Source of the DNA: Octopus vulgaris
Taxonomy: Eukaryota
Reading direction: 5' to 3'
Assembly: GCA_951406725.2 (NCBI GenBank)
Contig: OX597822.1
Coordinates: forward strand, 8,246,001 to 8,310,000
Length of the DNA: 64,000 bases
Position 1 is the first letter of the stretch; every line of letters begins with the position of its first letter. Shown piece after piece: positions 1 to 12,517 of the stretch. The notes beneath the pieces were generated by a model. The model saw only the letters and a program-made list of their open reading frames with translations, was not told the origin of the DNA and made no database searches. The position numbers were made by a program, and so were the translations under genes.

Positions 1-1739
1 TATATCTTTTTACAATTTGATTAGAACTTCCTACGTTCTTCAATAATTATGTTAATATACTTAAAAACATATTTCTGTACCTAATCGCTGTCCTTTCACA
101 TTAGTTAAAATGATATTTCCTTTTTTGCTTTTTGTTAAGAAATACCGCTGAATTAAACTTTGCTCATCATTTCTCCCCCGTAGAAGTACAGGTGTTACTT
201 TAAACTATGTATTCATTCAGTAAATTTATGAATGAATTTATTATAGCTTCTTGGATATACAACAAATCATACACATATACTAAAGGCTGAATTATTTTTC
301 CTTTTTTATTTTACATTGCATTACCAAAAGCATGATTTTACTGATGTCTATAGAACTCATATTGGGAGCAATTTTAGACTATATGCACATAGACTCTAAA
401 GATAAATACACTTCAAATATTCTTGTATTTGAATAATTTAATAATTAATTCCAATATTGAAGTTAGCGTCCCTCACGCCAGATATACGTATTATATCAAA
501 TGATATGCACGTAACCTTCAAATAATATCACAGGATACACAGATGAGTTTGCAGAGACGTGAAAAGTAAAAGACCAAAGTTTTGATGAACTTCCATATAC
601 GAAATGGAATGTCAGCTTTTCAACAACGAATGAAATAATTACATGGCTTAAGAATCTAAAATACGATCATAACCTTTTATTTTAGAAATAGATGTTAAGA
701 GAAATTCAGCCCTTAATATAGTGTTAAACGAAGCGAACTGACGATGACAAATGAATCTTGTGAGTAAATTCCATGTAAATCGTCAGAATTATTAACCGAA
801 GAATATAAAATGAAACAATAATATACATGGTAATGTATATTAGGACAGAGACATTTAGGAGAAAAGAAAATATAATTTAAAAAAGAAAACAGCTAAAATG
901 GAAAATCGATACCAAAATATTCTCATCTGAAGGAACATTTTGAATGGGGATGAGATTTTACTTTCGCTTCACCTTTACTGCAATGGGCCCATTTATATTT
1001 TGCTGAAGAATATCCATCCCCTATAGCAGAATTAGCACTTTATTCATAGAAAAGTTCCTTTGTTCTCATGCATCCTTAAAGGGAAAATTGGATTTAGTGT
1101 TTTATCAATTCTTACTCGCCCTGTTTTCAAGATTATCTTCAATAGAATTCTGTACAGAATTTTGTAATCTCACGTACGGACATCTTCATTGATTAAATAA
1201 TGAATGACGCTCGAAGAAGGAAGAAAGTAAAGCGTTATTCTGAACGATAGTAACATTTTATTTTGTTACTTCGCATTCTAAGAATATCAAATTGCTTAGA
1301 ATTCGGATTTTCAGCTTCATTGGTGACATAGAAAGTACTAAGTTAGATCGATGTATTTTCGCATATACATATTCCCATACACATGCAAATAGTACATTCA
1401 CCCACGCGCGTACACACAATCAGATACAAGTACACACACATAGACGCATACATAAGAACACACACATTGACAGATGCTCATATATGTGTGTATGTATCCG
1501 CCTAAGCGTCGAGTAACAAGAATATCTGCATTCGCAAATGAAAGTGGAAAAATGCATAAGTGTGCCACCGAAATCTGAAATGAAAAAGAATCCTGCATGT
1601 TTCCTCTCTCATTTAGCCACTGATGGCTTATTTAAGCAAATTATTGCGATAATTTTTACGGTCGAATTCTATTACATTTTAGAGGAATGCTTATTAAATA
1701 GCAAGGAATTGTCGAACTTTGAAGAAAGTTATATCATAA

Positions 1740-1765
1740 CAGTAATAATAATAATAATAATAATA

Positions 1766-1822
<57 letters not shown>

Positions 1823-1831
1823 GTAATAATA

Positions 1832-1870
<39 letters not shown>

Positions 1871-1876
1871 GTAATA

Positions 1877-1946
<70 letters not shown>
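1740..1946 (+). repeat. (AAT)n microsatellite
   Basis: Near-perfect AAT run with occasional AGT units. Confidence 0.98.
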
Positions 1947-1948
<2 letters not shown>

Positions 1949-2452
1949 CCATATACAGAAAGATAGATTCGAATAGGCCACATATTATATTGAAGGACTT
2001 CAGACAAAAATTATGTCCCCTCATTGATATCATTGTCCCAATCGGCATGAATGTATCTGTCAAAACCTACCACAAATTGACAAGTATAAAGATCTTGAAA
2101 TAGAACTTGGCAAAATTTAAAACCTTAGGACTAAATCAATAGCAAAAGTGGCTGATTGCTACCTAGCTCAGTTAACAGGAAATTCCGATATGTCAGAAAT
2201 TCAAAAGATAGGGCTCGTGAGACCTGCCCAAATGCTACGTAAAATAATGTCTATTCTATCTCAAATGTTAAGATATACTTATAATTTTCGTATGTTTTCT
2301 TAAACATTCTCTAGAACAATACTGTGTACAAAACCGAATATATAGCACCCTAGGCATAACACCAACTTGAACTTCTTTATTGTTGTCTGTTGATGTCTCT
2401 CGTTGAGACTTGGTGTCATCTTGTATAATTACAAAGCAAAAGTCAAGCATAT
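1947..2452 (+). mobile_element. Decayed 3' fragment of R4/Dong-type retrotransposon, family A
   Basis: Aligns by eye to ~5990-6539 (ataggcc..atattgaaggacttcagacaaa; tataaagatcttgaaataga; 3' end aaagcaaaagtcaagcat); flanked by (AAT)n on both sides. Confidence 0.85.
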
Positions 2453-2520
2453 AATAATAATGATAATAATAATACCAATATCAACAACAACAACAATAAT
2501 AATAATAATGATAATAATAA

Positions 2521-2606
<86 letters not shown>

Positions 2607-2608
2607 TA

Positions 2609-2781
2609 GGTGCAGGAGTGGCTGTGTGGGGTAAGTAGCTTGCTAACCAACCACATGGTTCCGGGTTCAGTCCCACTGCGTGACATCTTGGGCAAGTGTC
2701 TTCTGCTATAGCCCCGGGCCGACCAATGCCTTGTGAGTGGATTTGGTAGACGGAAACTGAAAGAAGCCTGTCGTGTATATG

Positions 2782-2816
<35 letters not shown>

Positions 2817-3035
2817 GTGTGTGTTTGTGTTTGTCCCCCTAGCATTGCTTGACCACCGATGCTGGTGTGTTTACGTCCCCGTCACTTAGCGGTTCGGCAA
2901 AAGAGACCGATAGAATAAGTACTGGGCTTACAAAGAATAAGTCCCGGGGTCGATTTGCAGGCTAAAGGTGGTGCTCCAGCATGGCCGCAGTCAAATGACT
3001 GAAACAAGTAAAGAGTAAAGAATAAAAAGTAAAGA

Positions 3036-3037
<2 letters not shown>
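2609..3037 (+). mobile_element. tRNA-derived SINE family A, copy 1
   Basis: tRNA-like head with A/B-box-like motifs (tggctgtgtgg..; ggttcagtccc), internal (TA)n(TG)n, tail of AGTAAAG-like repeats; four copies in window. Confidence 0.9.
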
Positions 3038-3094
<57 letters not shown>

Positions 3095-3095
<1 letters not shown>

Positions 3096-6000
3096 GACAA
3101 GCAATATTGGATAAAATGAACGAAGCTGCAGCTAGAGAAGATAATACAGAGGAAATAATTATAGACCAGCCTAGGGCTGATAAAAACGAAGTGAGGATTG
3201 AAAGAGTTAGTATAAGTGATAGGCAAAGTGAAATACTCTCTGAACCAATCATAAACACTAAGACAGATAAGCATCAAATAGATAAAGAAAGTCACACAAA
3301 TATTGACCCAACAGAACTACATGGGCTAAAAAATCAAATCATGATTGAATGGCTGAAAATTAAAGAAACCAGCATGGATGAACGTGATACACTCCCTAAA
3401 ATCCGCAACTCTAACCAAAACATGAAAATAATTGGTAAAATCCGGCTTGCACTTAAGGCTATAATTTCAGCTAATGATGTTGATATCACAAACCTCAACC
3501 ACCTATACTATGCATCCGCGAAAATCTCAACGATCCTATATGGTGTAAAGATTAGAAAACGGCAACATTCCCACAAAAAGCCTTCTTGGCAAGAGCGTCT
3601 GCAACAACAAATTAAAATATTTAGATCAGACATTGAATATTTGAAAAACCTTAAGGCTCAAAAGACTACCAAACCTACAAAAACCCCCAAATTACTGAAA
3701 AAATATAATATGAAAACTATACTTGATATTGATGCCACCATAGAAACCATCAAACAATAGGTATCTGCCAAAGCTGCCCGCATAGCGAGGTATGAAAAGC
3801 GTGTTAGATTCTTCAAGGACAACAACATGTTCAAAAATAACATCAAGAATTTTTACAGGAAGATAGGAAAAACAACAGTTACTGTAAAGTCTGTACCATC
3901 AAAAGAAGAAGTGCAGGGATTTTGGAATAAAATCTGGGCAGAAGAAAAAACACACAACGAAAAGGCCCTCTGGATTGACAGAATATCTACAGAACTGGAC
4001 CCCATAGAAGAGCAAAAGTGGGAGGGTGTCAAGGTAGAAGATATAAGATCTGCTCTCAGGAGGTCAAGCAAATGGAAGTCTCCAAGGAAGGATAACATTC
4101 CTAACTTCTGGCTGAATGCCTTCCCAGAGAGCCATGAACTGCTAACAGAACTGTACAATGATGTTTTGCAACACCCTAGTAGGATGGCTCCTTGGCTAGT
4201 TAATGGGTTAACATTCCTGCTTCCAAAAAGTGAAGAAACAAAGGAGCCAAAAAAACTATAGACCCATAACCTGCATAACAACTATGTACAAAACGCTAAC
4301 ATCTGTCCAGACGGAATATACCTATAGTTTTTTAACAGACAGCAGCATATTCCCTAATGAACAGAAAGGATGTAAACGTGGATCCTACGGCTGTAAAGAC
4401 CAACTACTCATCAATAAGATGATCTTAGAAGATTGTCACAAACGACACAAAAACTTATCAATAGCCTGTATAGACTATAAAAAGGCTTTTGATAGCCTAC
4501 CACATAGCTGGATTAGGAAATGCCTGGAAATGTATAAGATAGCACCTACTCTGCGAAACTTCTTGACTGTAAGTATGAGATCATGGAGAACCACACTAAC
4601 TCTGAACAGTGACAATGAATCCCTAAATGCTGGTGATGTAAAAATTTCGTGTGGCATTTTCCAGGGTGACTCACTGTCACCACTCCTCTTTTGTTTATCC
4701 TTAATACCTCTCTCAAAGCTGCTCAATGACGCGCAGTACGGGTATAAAATGTTTGATGAAAATATAAATCATCTCATTTACATGGATGATTCAAAGCTTT
4801 TTGCAAAAAATGACCAACAACTCAAGGGCTTACTAGCGATAGTCAAACAATTCAGTGACGACATCAGAATGCAATTCGGCCTCGATAAATGTGCAAAAGC
4901 TACCTTTATCAAAGGAAAAATGGCAGAAACATCTAACGTTAACCTTGACCAGCATAATGTCATAAAAGAACTAGACCCAGCGGAGAGCTACAAGTACCTA
5001 GTGGTACATGAAGGGAACGGAATAAGGCATTCAGAGATGGAGGAAAGGATCAGGAGAGAATGCTATCGAAGAGTGAGAGCAATACTCATGACAGAGCTGA
5101 ATGCAAGAAACAGGATCGAAGCGATCAATGCTTTAGCCATACCAGTCGTAACTTACAGTTTCAATATTATTAACTGGTCAATTACTGAAATATGTCAGCT
5201 CGACAGAAAAATAAGGAAATTGTTGACAATGCATAGAATGCACCACCCTAAGGCAGATACAGAACGACTCTATCTGCCAAGAAAAGAGAAAGGCCGTGGT
5301 CTTTTGCAACTGTCAATAACAATGAAGATTGCTACAATTGGCCTAGACACCTACCTGAAAAACTCTGAGGACTGGATGTTAAAACTTGTCTCAAAACATA
5401 AAAACAAGAAAGCATCATACTCAGTCACAAAACAGGCAAAGGAATATCTAAGTGAATTCCGAATACAACCAATTTCGGAATTAGAGATAGACATACAAGA
5501 AACAAGCACAGAAAAAGCTAGGCGCATGAAAACCCGTGCCAAAAACTGCGGCCTTAGATATTCTGAATAATAAATGGCAAGAAAAACCTCTCTATGGCAA
5601 ATACCCAAAGAGAGCGAATAATGCAGATATCGACAAAGCCCTGACCCGTCAATGGGTAATGGCCTCTGGCTTAAAATCTGAAACAGAGGGGTTTATCATA
5701 GCAGCTCAAGATCAATGCCTACCAACAAGAAACTACCAGGCCAACATATTAAAGAACGGCAGTGTATGCCGACAACAAAATGAAACCATTGATCATGTTG
5801 TCTCCAAATGCAGTCTTCTAGCGCCTACAGAGTACCTCAATAGGCATGATAGAGCTGCACAATATATTTAGTGGGTTACTTGCAAATAACTAGATTTGCC
5901 CCATGAAAAAAACTGGTGGGAACACAATCCACCCCCAGTGCTTGAAAATGACCACATCTCACTCCTCTGGAACTTCACCATTCAAACTGACAGGAGGATA

Positions 6001-6539
6001 GATGCAAATAGGCCAGACATCATATTGAAAGACTTCAGACAAAGAACATGCCTCCTCATTGATATGACTGTCCCAATCGATATAAACGTATCTGTCAAGA
6101 CCTACCAAAAACTGAGCAAATATAAAGATCTTGAAATAGAAATCAGCAAAATGTGGAAGCTGAAGACTAAAACAATACCTGTTGTCATAGGTGCCCTGGG
6201 AATGATAGCGAAAGGGACTGATTGCTACCTAACTCAGATACCAGGAAACCCCAAATGGCAGAAATTCAAAAGATAGTGCTCATGAGAACTGCTCATATCC
6301 TACGCAAAATACTCTCTATGTAATCCCATGGTTTAAAACAAACTTTTTTTAATTTTAATTTTTATTTTTTAAAAATTTTATTTTTATGTATTAGACATTC
6401 ACTAGTACAACACAAAAAGAAACAAAAACAAAAAAAAAAACAAATATATGGCACAGAACTTCCAACCTGTTGTCTCTTGAGGTCTCTGGGTGAAACTTGG
6501 GGCCAACTTGTACAGACATAAAGCAAAAGTCAAACATAG
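3095..6539 (+). mobile_element. R4/Dong-clade non-LTR retrotransposon (RT + CCHC + restriction-like endonuclease), family A, 5'-truncated and disrupted
   Basis: ORF pieces 3107-6276 carry NYRPITC, QKG, DYKKAFDSLPH, GIFQGDSLSPLLF, YMDD, FGLDKC, RLYLPRKEKGRGL, CxxxxETIDHVVSKC, RHD, RPDI..IDMTVP..KYKDL; stops/frameshifts near 3758, 4255, 5540, 5869; ~220 bp 3' UTR then (AAT)n. Confidence 0.95.
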
Positions 6540-6566
<27 letters not shown>

Positions 6567-6571
<5 letters not shown>

Positions 6572-7053
6572 GGTCACAGAAAACGAGAAAGCAACCATAC
6601 TCTGGGATATGCCGATACACACAGATAGAGAAATTAAGGCCAATAGACCAGATATAGTAGTCTGAGATCATGAAGAAAAAAATGCTTTCTAATCGATGTA
6701 TCTATACCGGCAGATGACAACGTGTCTCTAAAAGAAATGGAGAAACTTTCAAAATACAAAGACCTGGAAATAGAGGTACCAGAATGTGGATTCTAAAAAC
6801 AGAAACAATTCCTATCATAGTAGGTGCATTAGGCATGATAAAAAATGTTCAGACAAATACATAACAAAAGCACCAGAACTTACAAACACATATATCATAC
6901 AGAAAATTGTACTACTAGGCACTGCACACATCCTACGCAGAACACTTTCCATACAATAACGATCAGAGCATCATAACAAATCACAGCACATACCCAAGAC
7001 ACACAGAGCTGCGCTCGGTAGTGAAGTGAAAGCACGCTATAAAAATAAAACTA

Positions 7054-7056
<3 letters not shown>
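6567..7056 (+). mobile_element. R4/Dong family B, ~490 bp 5'-truncated copy
   Basis: Near-identical to 8330-8827 (RLE region and 3' UTR ending aaataaaactactg), between (AAT)n tracts. Confidence 0.93.

Positions 7057-7134
<78 letters not shown>
7057..7134 (+). repeat. (AAT)n spacer between R4 copies
   Basis: Perfect AAT run. Confidence 0.98.
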
Positions 7135-7136
<2 letters not shown>

Positions 7137-8824
7137 GGCAAAACGATCAGCCACCTTTTATATATGGATGACCTAAAACTATACGCTGCAAACGACAAAC
7201 AGCTGGAAACACTATTAAAGACAGTTCATGGATTTACCAAAGAAATAGATATGAAATTTGGATTAGAAAAATGCGCCAAAGTAACCATGAAAAGAGGAAA
7301 ACTAGTTAAGAGTAACAACATCACACTAGATAAAACCAATGAAATAAAAGAATTAGACCAAAGCCAAACTTACAAATACTTAGGAATCCATGAACTAGAT
7401 AAGACACAACACACACAAATGAAAGAGAAAATAAAAAAGAATATTATAGACGAGTTAGATCAATACTAAACACAGAGCTCAATGCCAAAAACAAGATAAT
7501 AGGTATCAACACTTTAGCTGTCCCAGTTATAAGTTACAGCTACAATATCCTTAACTGGACACGAAATGAACTGACCAAAATAGACAGGAAAACAAGAAAA
7601 ATAATGACAGGATCTAGGATGCATCACCCACAATCTGACATAGAAAGACTATATATACAACGTATAGAAGGTGGTAGAGGCCTTATACAGCTGGAAAACT
7701 ACTATAAAATAACCACCATAGGACTGCAAAAATATCTACTTCAGAAGGAAGGAAAACTGATCCAGATAGCGGCAAAACACGAGCAAAACAAAAAACTGTT
7801 CTCAGTATTTAAGGAAGCTGACAAATACAAACAAGAAATCATACCACCTAATAAACATGAAGAAGAAGAAGAAGAAGATGAAGAAACAACAAAAACTATA
7901 AAACAAATGAAATCCAAACTAAAAATAGAACAGCAACGAATCATGATAAAACGATGGCAAGAAAAGCCCCTTCATGGTAAATACTGGACTAAACTAAACG
8001 CAAAAGAAATAGACAAAGAAAAATCCCGGCAATGGTTGAGAAGCTCAGGATTGAAAGTTGAAAAACAGAGGAATCTTTAATTGCAGCACAAGACCAAAGC
8101 CTCCCCACCAGAAATTACCAAAAACATGTAATGAAAAGAAATATTACAAGTAACTGCAGAATATGTGGAGATGGACAAGAAACAATAAATCATATTATCT
8201 CTAGCTGCCCAGTCCTGGCTAAGAAGGAATATATTCACAGACATGACAGAGTTGGAACCTACATACATTGGAAGCTATGCCAACATTATGGAATAACAAC
8301 AGAAAAAAGATGGTATAGGCACACACCAGAAAAGGTAACAGAAAACGAGAAAGCAACCATACTCTGGGATATGCCGATACACACAGATAGAGAAATTAAG
8401 GCCAACATACCAGATAGAGTTGTCAGAGACCATGAAGAAAAAAAATGCTTTCTAATTGATGTATTAATACCGGCTGATGACAACGTTTCTCTAAAAGAAA
8501 TGGAGAAACTCTCAAAATACAAAGACCTGGAAATAGAGGTAACTAGAATGTGGAATCTGAAAACAGAAACAATTCCTATCATAGTAGGTGCATTAGGCAT
8601 GATAAAAAAATATTCAGACAAATACATAACAAAAACACCAGGACTTACAAACACATATAACATACAGAAAATTGCACTACTAGGCACTGCACGCATCCTA
8701 CGCAGAACACTTTCCATACAATAACCATCAGAGCATCACAACAAATCACAGCACATACCCAAGGCACACAGAGCTGCGCTCGGTAGTGAAGTGAAAGCAC
8801 GCTATAAAAATAAAAATAAAACTA

Positions 8825-8827
<3 letters not shown>
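7135..8827 (+). mobile_element. R4/Dong family B, 1.7 kb 5'-truncated copy
   Basis: YMDDLKL, FGLEKC, YKYLG, RLYIQRIEGGRGL, CRICGDGQETINHIISSC, RHD, PD..ID..KYKDL; frameshifted ORFs 7164-8724. Confidence 0.95.
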
Positions 8828-8919
<92 letters not shown>

Positions 8920-8948
8920 GAAGAAGAAGAAGAAGAAGAAGAAGAATG

Positions 8949-9019
<71 letters not shown>
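8828..9019 (+). repeat. (AAT)n tract with internal (GAA)n
   Basis: Seen directly. Confidence 0.97.
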
Positions 9020-9020
<1 letters not shown>

Positions 9021-10015
9021 GGGGACGTTTAAGAAAAACACCGGGGGACGTTTAAGATGTAAGAACGATACAACAGAGCTCTGAAATCTATCCACAAACA
9101 TCGAAAACAAGGACATCGTATGAAACCAAAGATTTACTAACAAAGGATTGGACTGTACCCGAGTAAGTAATGCTCATTAACATTTATTTCTATTTTCGAA
9201 ACGAAATGATGTATTTTGCCTCGATATCATCTCCACCTCTAACACAACACATATAAGCATGCGTGGAATATTACGATCAATCAACACCAGATCATCCCCG
9301 ACACCAAACACCATGTACAAAGGAACTACGAAGAAATTAAATACCACCGATATTATTCAACCCAAGAATAACAATCGGGAGGTACGTACCTTAAACTTAT
9401 AACACAAAATGTACGAAAAACTACACGTGCAAAACAATGTGACAACAGAAATGAACGGACCGGTACCCTACGAAAATGACGACCGTCAAAATAATGGGCC
9501 GGACGTTGTTCCTCATGTCCCGCAGATAAAACCCAAAAGACATAAATGGACTTATGAGGAATACATTTCTATCCTACACGCATACTTCACAGCAGTGCTC
9601 TACCCCAAAAATGTAAACACAACAACACATACATATAAAATATGGAAGGAAAATAACGTAAATATAGACTTGGATACAGCAATGAACCCTAATAAAATAG
9701 CTAACGTACGAAGATACATTCTCAAAGCAAAAAAAATATCAGAAATAGAAATCGAACATCTAAAAGAAAAAATACACCAGGGTGCATTAGACATGATAAA
9801 AAAATATTCAGACAAATACATAACAAAAACACCAGGACTTACAAACACATATAACATACAGAAAATTGCACTACTAGGCACTGCACACATCCTACGCAGA
9901 ACACTTTCCATACAATAAACATCAGAGCATCACAACAAATCACAGCACATACCCAAGGCACACAGAGCTGCGCTCGGTAGTGAAGTGAAATCACGATATA
10001 AAAATAAAACTACTG
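9020..10015 (+). mobile_element. Internally deleted R4/Dong family B derivative (putative 5' end fused to 3' end)
   Basis: 9781-10015 matches the last ~235 bp of family B; upstream ORF 9409-9918 has KRHKWTYEE..ILHAYF..YKIWK..NKIANVRRYILK..EIEHLKEKI, resembling the N-terminal motif of R4-clade ORFs, in frame with the family-B C-terminus. Confidence 0.8.
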
Positions 10016-10064
10016 AATGATAATAATAATAATAATAATAATAATGATAATAATAATAATAATA

Positions 10065-10158
<94 letters not shown>

Positions 10159-10186
10159 GGATGATAATGATGATGATAATAATAAA
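10016..10186 (+). repeat. (AAT)n/(GAT)n microsatellite
   Basis: Seen directly. Confidence 0.97.
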
Positions 10187-10731
10187 TTGATGCACTACCA
10201 GGCACTAGCATTCATGGCTTCTGATCTTAACTCATTGGAACTTTATCATTTACATTGTTGTGTCTTGTTATAAACGATGGGCTACAGCAAATATTCTGCT
10301 CAATACCACAGATTTGCATGTCATTTGTTTGACCTTAAACAATTGAGCATGTCCCTTAGTGGCTGACGATATGTGCATCTCTGATCACGAGCAGAAGTAG
10401 TTGGGGAGCATCATAGCCATAAACTGAGAAGAATTCTTTGGGGCTTGAACGAACCATCTCTGGAAACATGGCTGTGTCGTTCATCATCCTTAAACAATCT
10501 TGATTGAGGGACCTTTTGCGCGGGTTGGGCTACTTCGCCTGAAGGAAATTCTGAATCATACCCGCAAGGTCACCCGCAGTTTATCCTGATATGAAATCAC
10601 CATGTGGCGCACACGTCATTGTGATGCATGTGCCTCATGTATCCTTATCAGACGAGTAGTTTTGATGTGTATACTGAGCTTCGTATATTTTACTCCAGTG
10701 TCACTTTGATAGCATGCACTGCTCTCTCACT
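10187..10731. repeat. Unclassified ~540 bp insert between AAT tracts, probable interspersed repeat
   Basis: GC-richer non-coding segment bounded by (AAT)n on the left and aataat..aacaataat on the right; single copy here. Confidence 0.4.
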
Positions 10732-10767
10732 TAATAATATTTGTAACAATAATGGCGATGATATTAG

Positions 10768-10784
10768 TATTATTATTATTATTA

Positions 10785-10849
<65 letters not shown>

Positions 10850-10950
10850 GTTATTGTATATTATTATTATTATTATTATTATTATTGTTATTATTATTAT
10901 TATTATTATTTATATTATTTATTTATTATTATTATTATTTATTATTATTA

Positions 10951-10995
<45 letters not shown>

Positions 10996-11143
10996 TATTA
11001 CTTATTATTTTATTATTATTTTTTATTATTATTATTAATTATTATTGTTTTGTTGTTATTATTATTATTATATATTTTTTATTTATTTATTATATTATTA
11101 TTTATATTATTTTATATTATTATTATATTATTATTTATTATTA

Positions 11144-11189
<46 letters not shown>

Positions 11190-11217
11190 GTTATTATTAT
11201 TATTATTATTGTTATTA

Positions 11218-11248
<31 letters not shown>

Positions 11249-11349
11249 TTATTATTATTATTTATTATTATTATTTATTATTAGTATTATTTATTATTGT
11301 TTATTATGATTATTATTTATTTATTTATTACTATTATTATTATTTATTT

Positions 11350-11380
<31 letters not shown>

Positions 11381-11392
11381 TTATTATTATTA
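10768..11392 (+). repeat. Degenerate (ATT)n array ending in (CTT)n/(ATT)n
   Basis: ~620 bp imperfect ATT repeat. Confidence 0.97.
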
Positions 11393-11394
11393 TG

Positions 11395-11555
11395 AAGGCA
11401 TTGGGTTGGCAGAATCGTCAGTACGCCGTAGAAAGTGCTAAGTTAGTTTCTAATTTGGAATTGTGCTGAGGTCGACTTTGGTGTTTATGCTTAGTAAATA
11501 AGTACCAGTTGAGTACTGCGTGTCAATGTAATTGACTGACTCCTCCCAGAAAAAT
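11395..11555 (+). mobile_element. SINE-like family D, decayed copy
   Basis: ggcagaatcgt..gaggtcgacttt..aataagtaccagttgagtactg matches the reverse complement of 15495-15690 and 32393-32597. Confidence 0.65.
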
Positions 11556-12517
11556 ATCATCCTATTTCTCCATGTTCTCCCTTTGAACAGTCATTGGATA
11601 GTTAATTATCCTATTACATGCCCTAGCAAAATATCAATTTTTCATTTTTGTTGAGGTACAGAATATGATACAACCAATTGAATATAACCAGAATCCATTT
11701 TATTTGCAGTTAATTCGTTTGTTCATATATTTCGCATAGTCATCATTGGACTATAGCGTTAGATACTATGCATTTATTTAAGTCCGTATCTCACTACTTT
11801 CCTTTGAACGCTATTACAATCGGCAATTTTCTTCCCTAGTAGATGTGTGAATTTCTACTAAGTAAGCAATGTAAAATACAAGCAAACCTGATTACTCTTT
11901 TCTATGCTATAACAAGTAACATTTTCCATAATATGAGTAGCTGTTCTCTTAGAAAAATACATTGATGCGATATTAAACGTATTATGTACAGCAATATATA
12001 AATACATCGTTGGAAAGTTGTACACAACATTCATTTAATGTGCTTTCTGGGGCTTCATGTTCGAAATATAAAAATGAAACTATACGTTTATTCCCGTTTA
12101 CTTAATCTCTCCATCATAGAGTTACTCCCACTATGCTATGATTTCACACTTGCTATAAAACCCATTTGCACAATTCTGTACAGATTCAGAGATATACTTA
12201 TTTAGTATATTATTACCCATATAAAAGACATTACATATTTCTCTGAGATACACCATAAGCTGCCGAGATCTAAAATCCCCCTGGTGATAAAGTTAGATAT
12301 TTGTTCTATGACTGCTGAATGGCGAATGCCTGGAACAATATAACAGTATGTCGTACTCTATGGAAAACATCGAACCATGTCAATAATTTGGTAAATAAGT
12401 GAAAATAGTTGTCAAATGTCTTGCAAAAATTTTGTGAAGGTGATTGCGACACAGAAATAAGGAGGTACCAACTCTCCTAAATATAAGCTACAAAATACAA
12501 TTTTATTAAAATATATA

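Noticed and set aside
1538-2845. Poly-I, poly-Y and poly-L ORFs (also 8802-11469, 51769-52160)
   Set aside because: Translations of (AAT)n/(ATT)n microsatellites.
2429-3295. Recurring peptide FSFRLPNPLTR..EPGTMWLVSKLLT found at four loci
   Set aside because: Antisense reading of SINE A, not a gene family.
6540-10186. Repeat-spacer-like alternation resembling a CRISPR array
   Set aside because: Units are retrotransposon copies separated by microsatellites; eukaryotic context, no cas genes.
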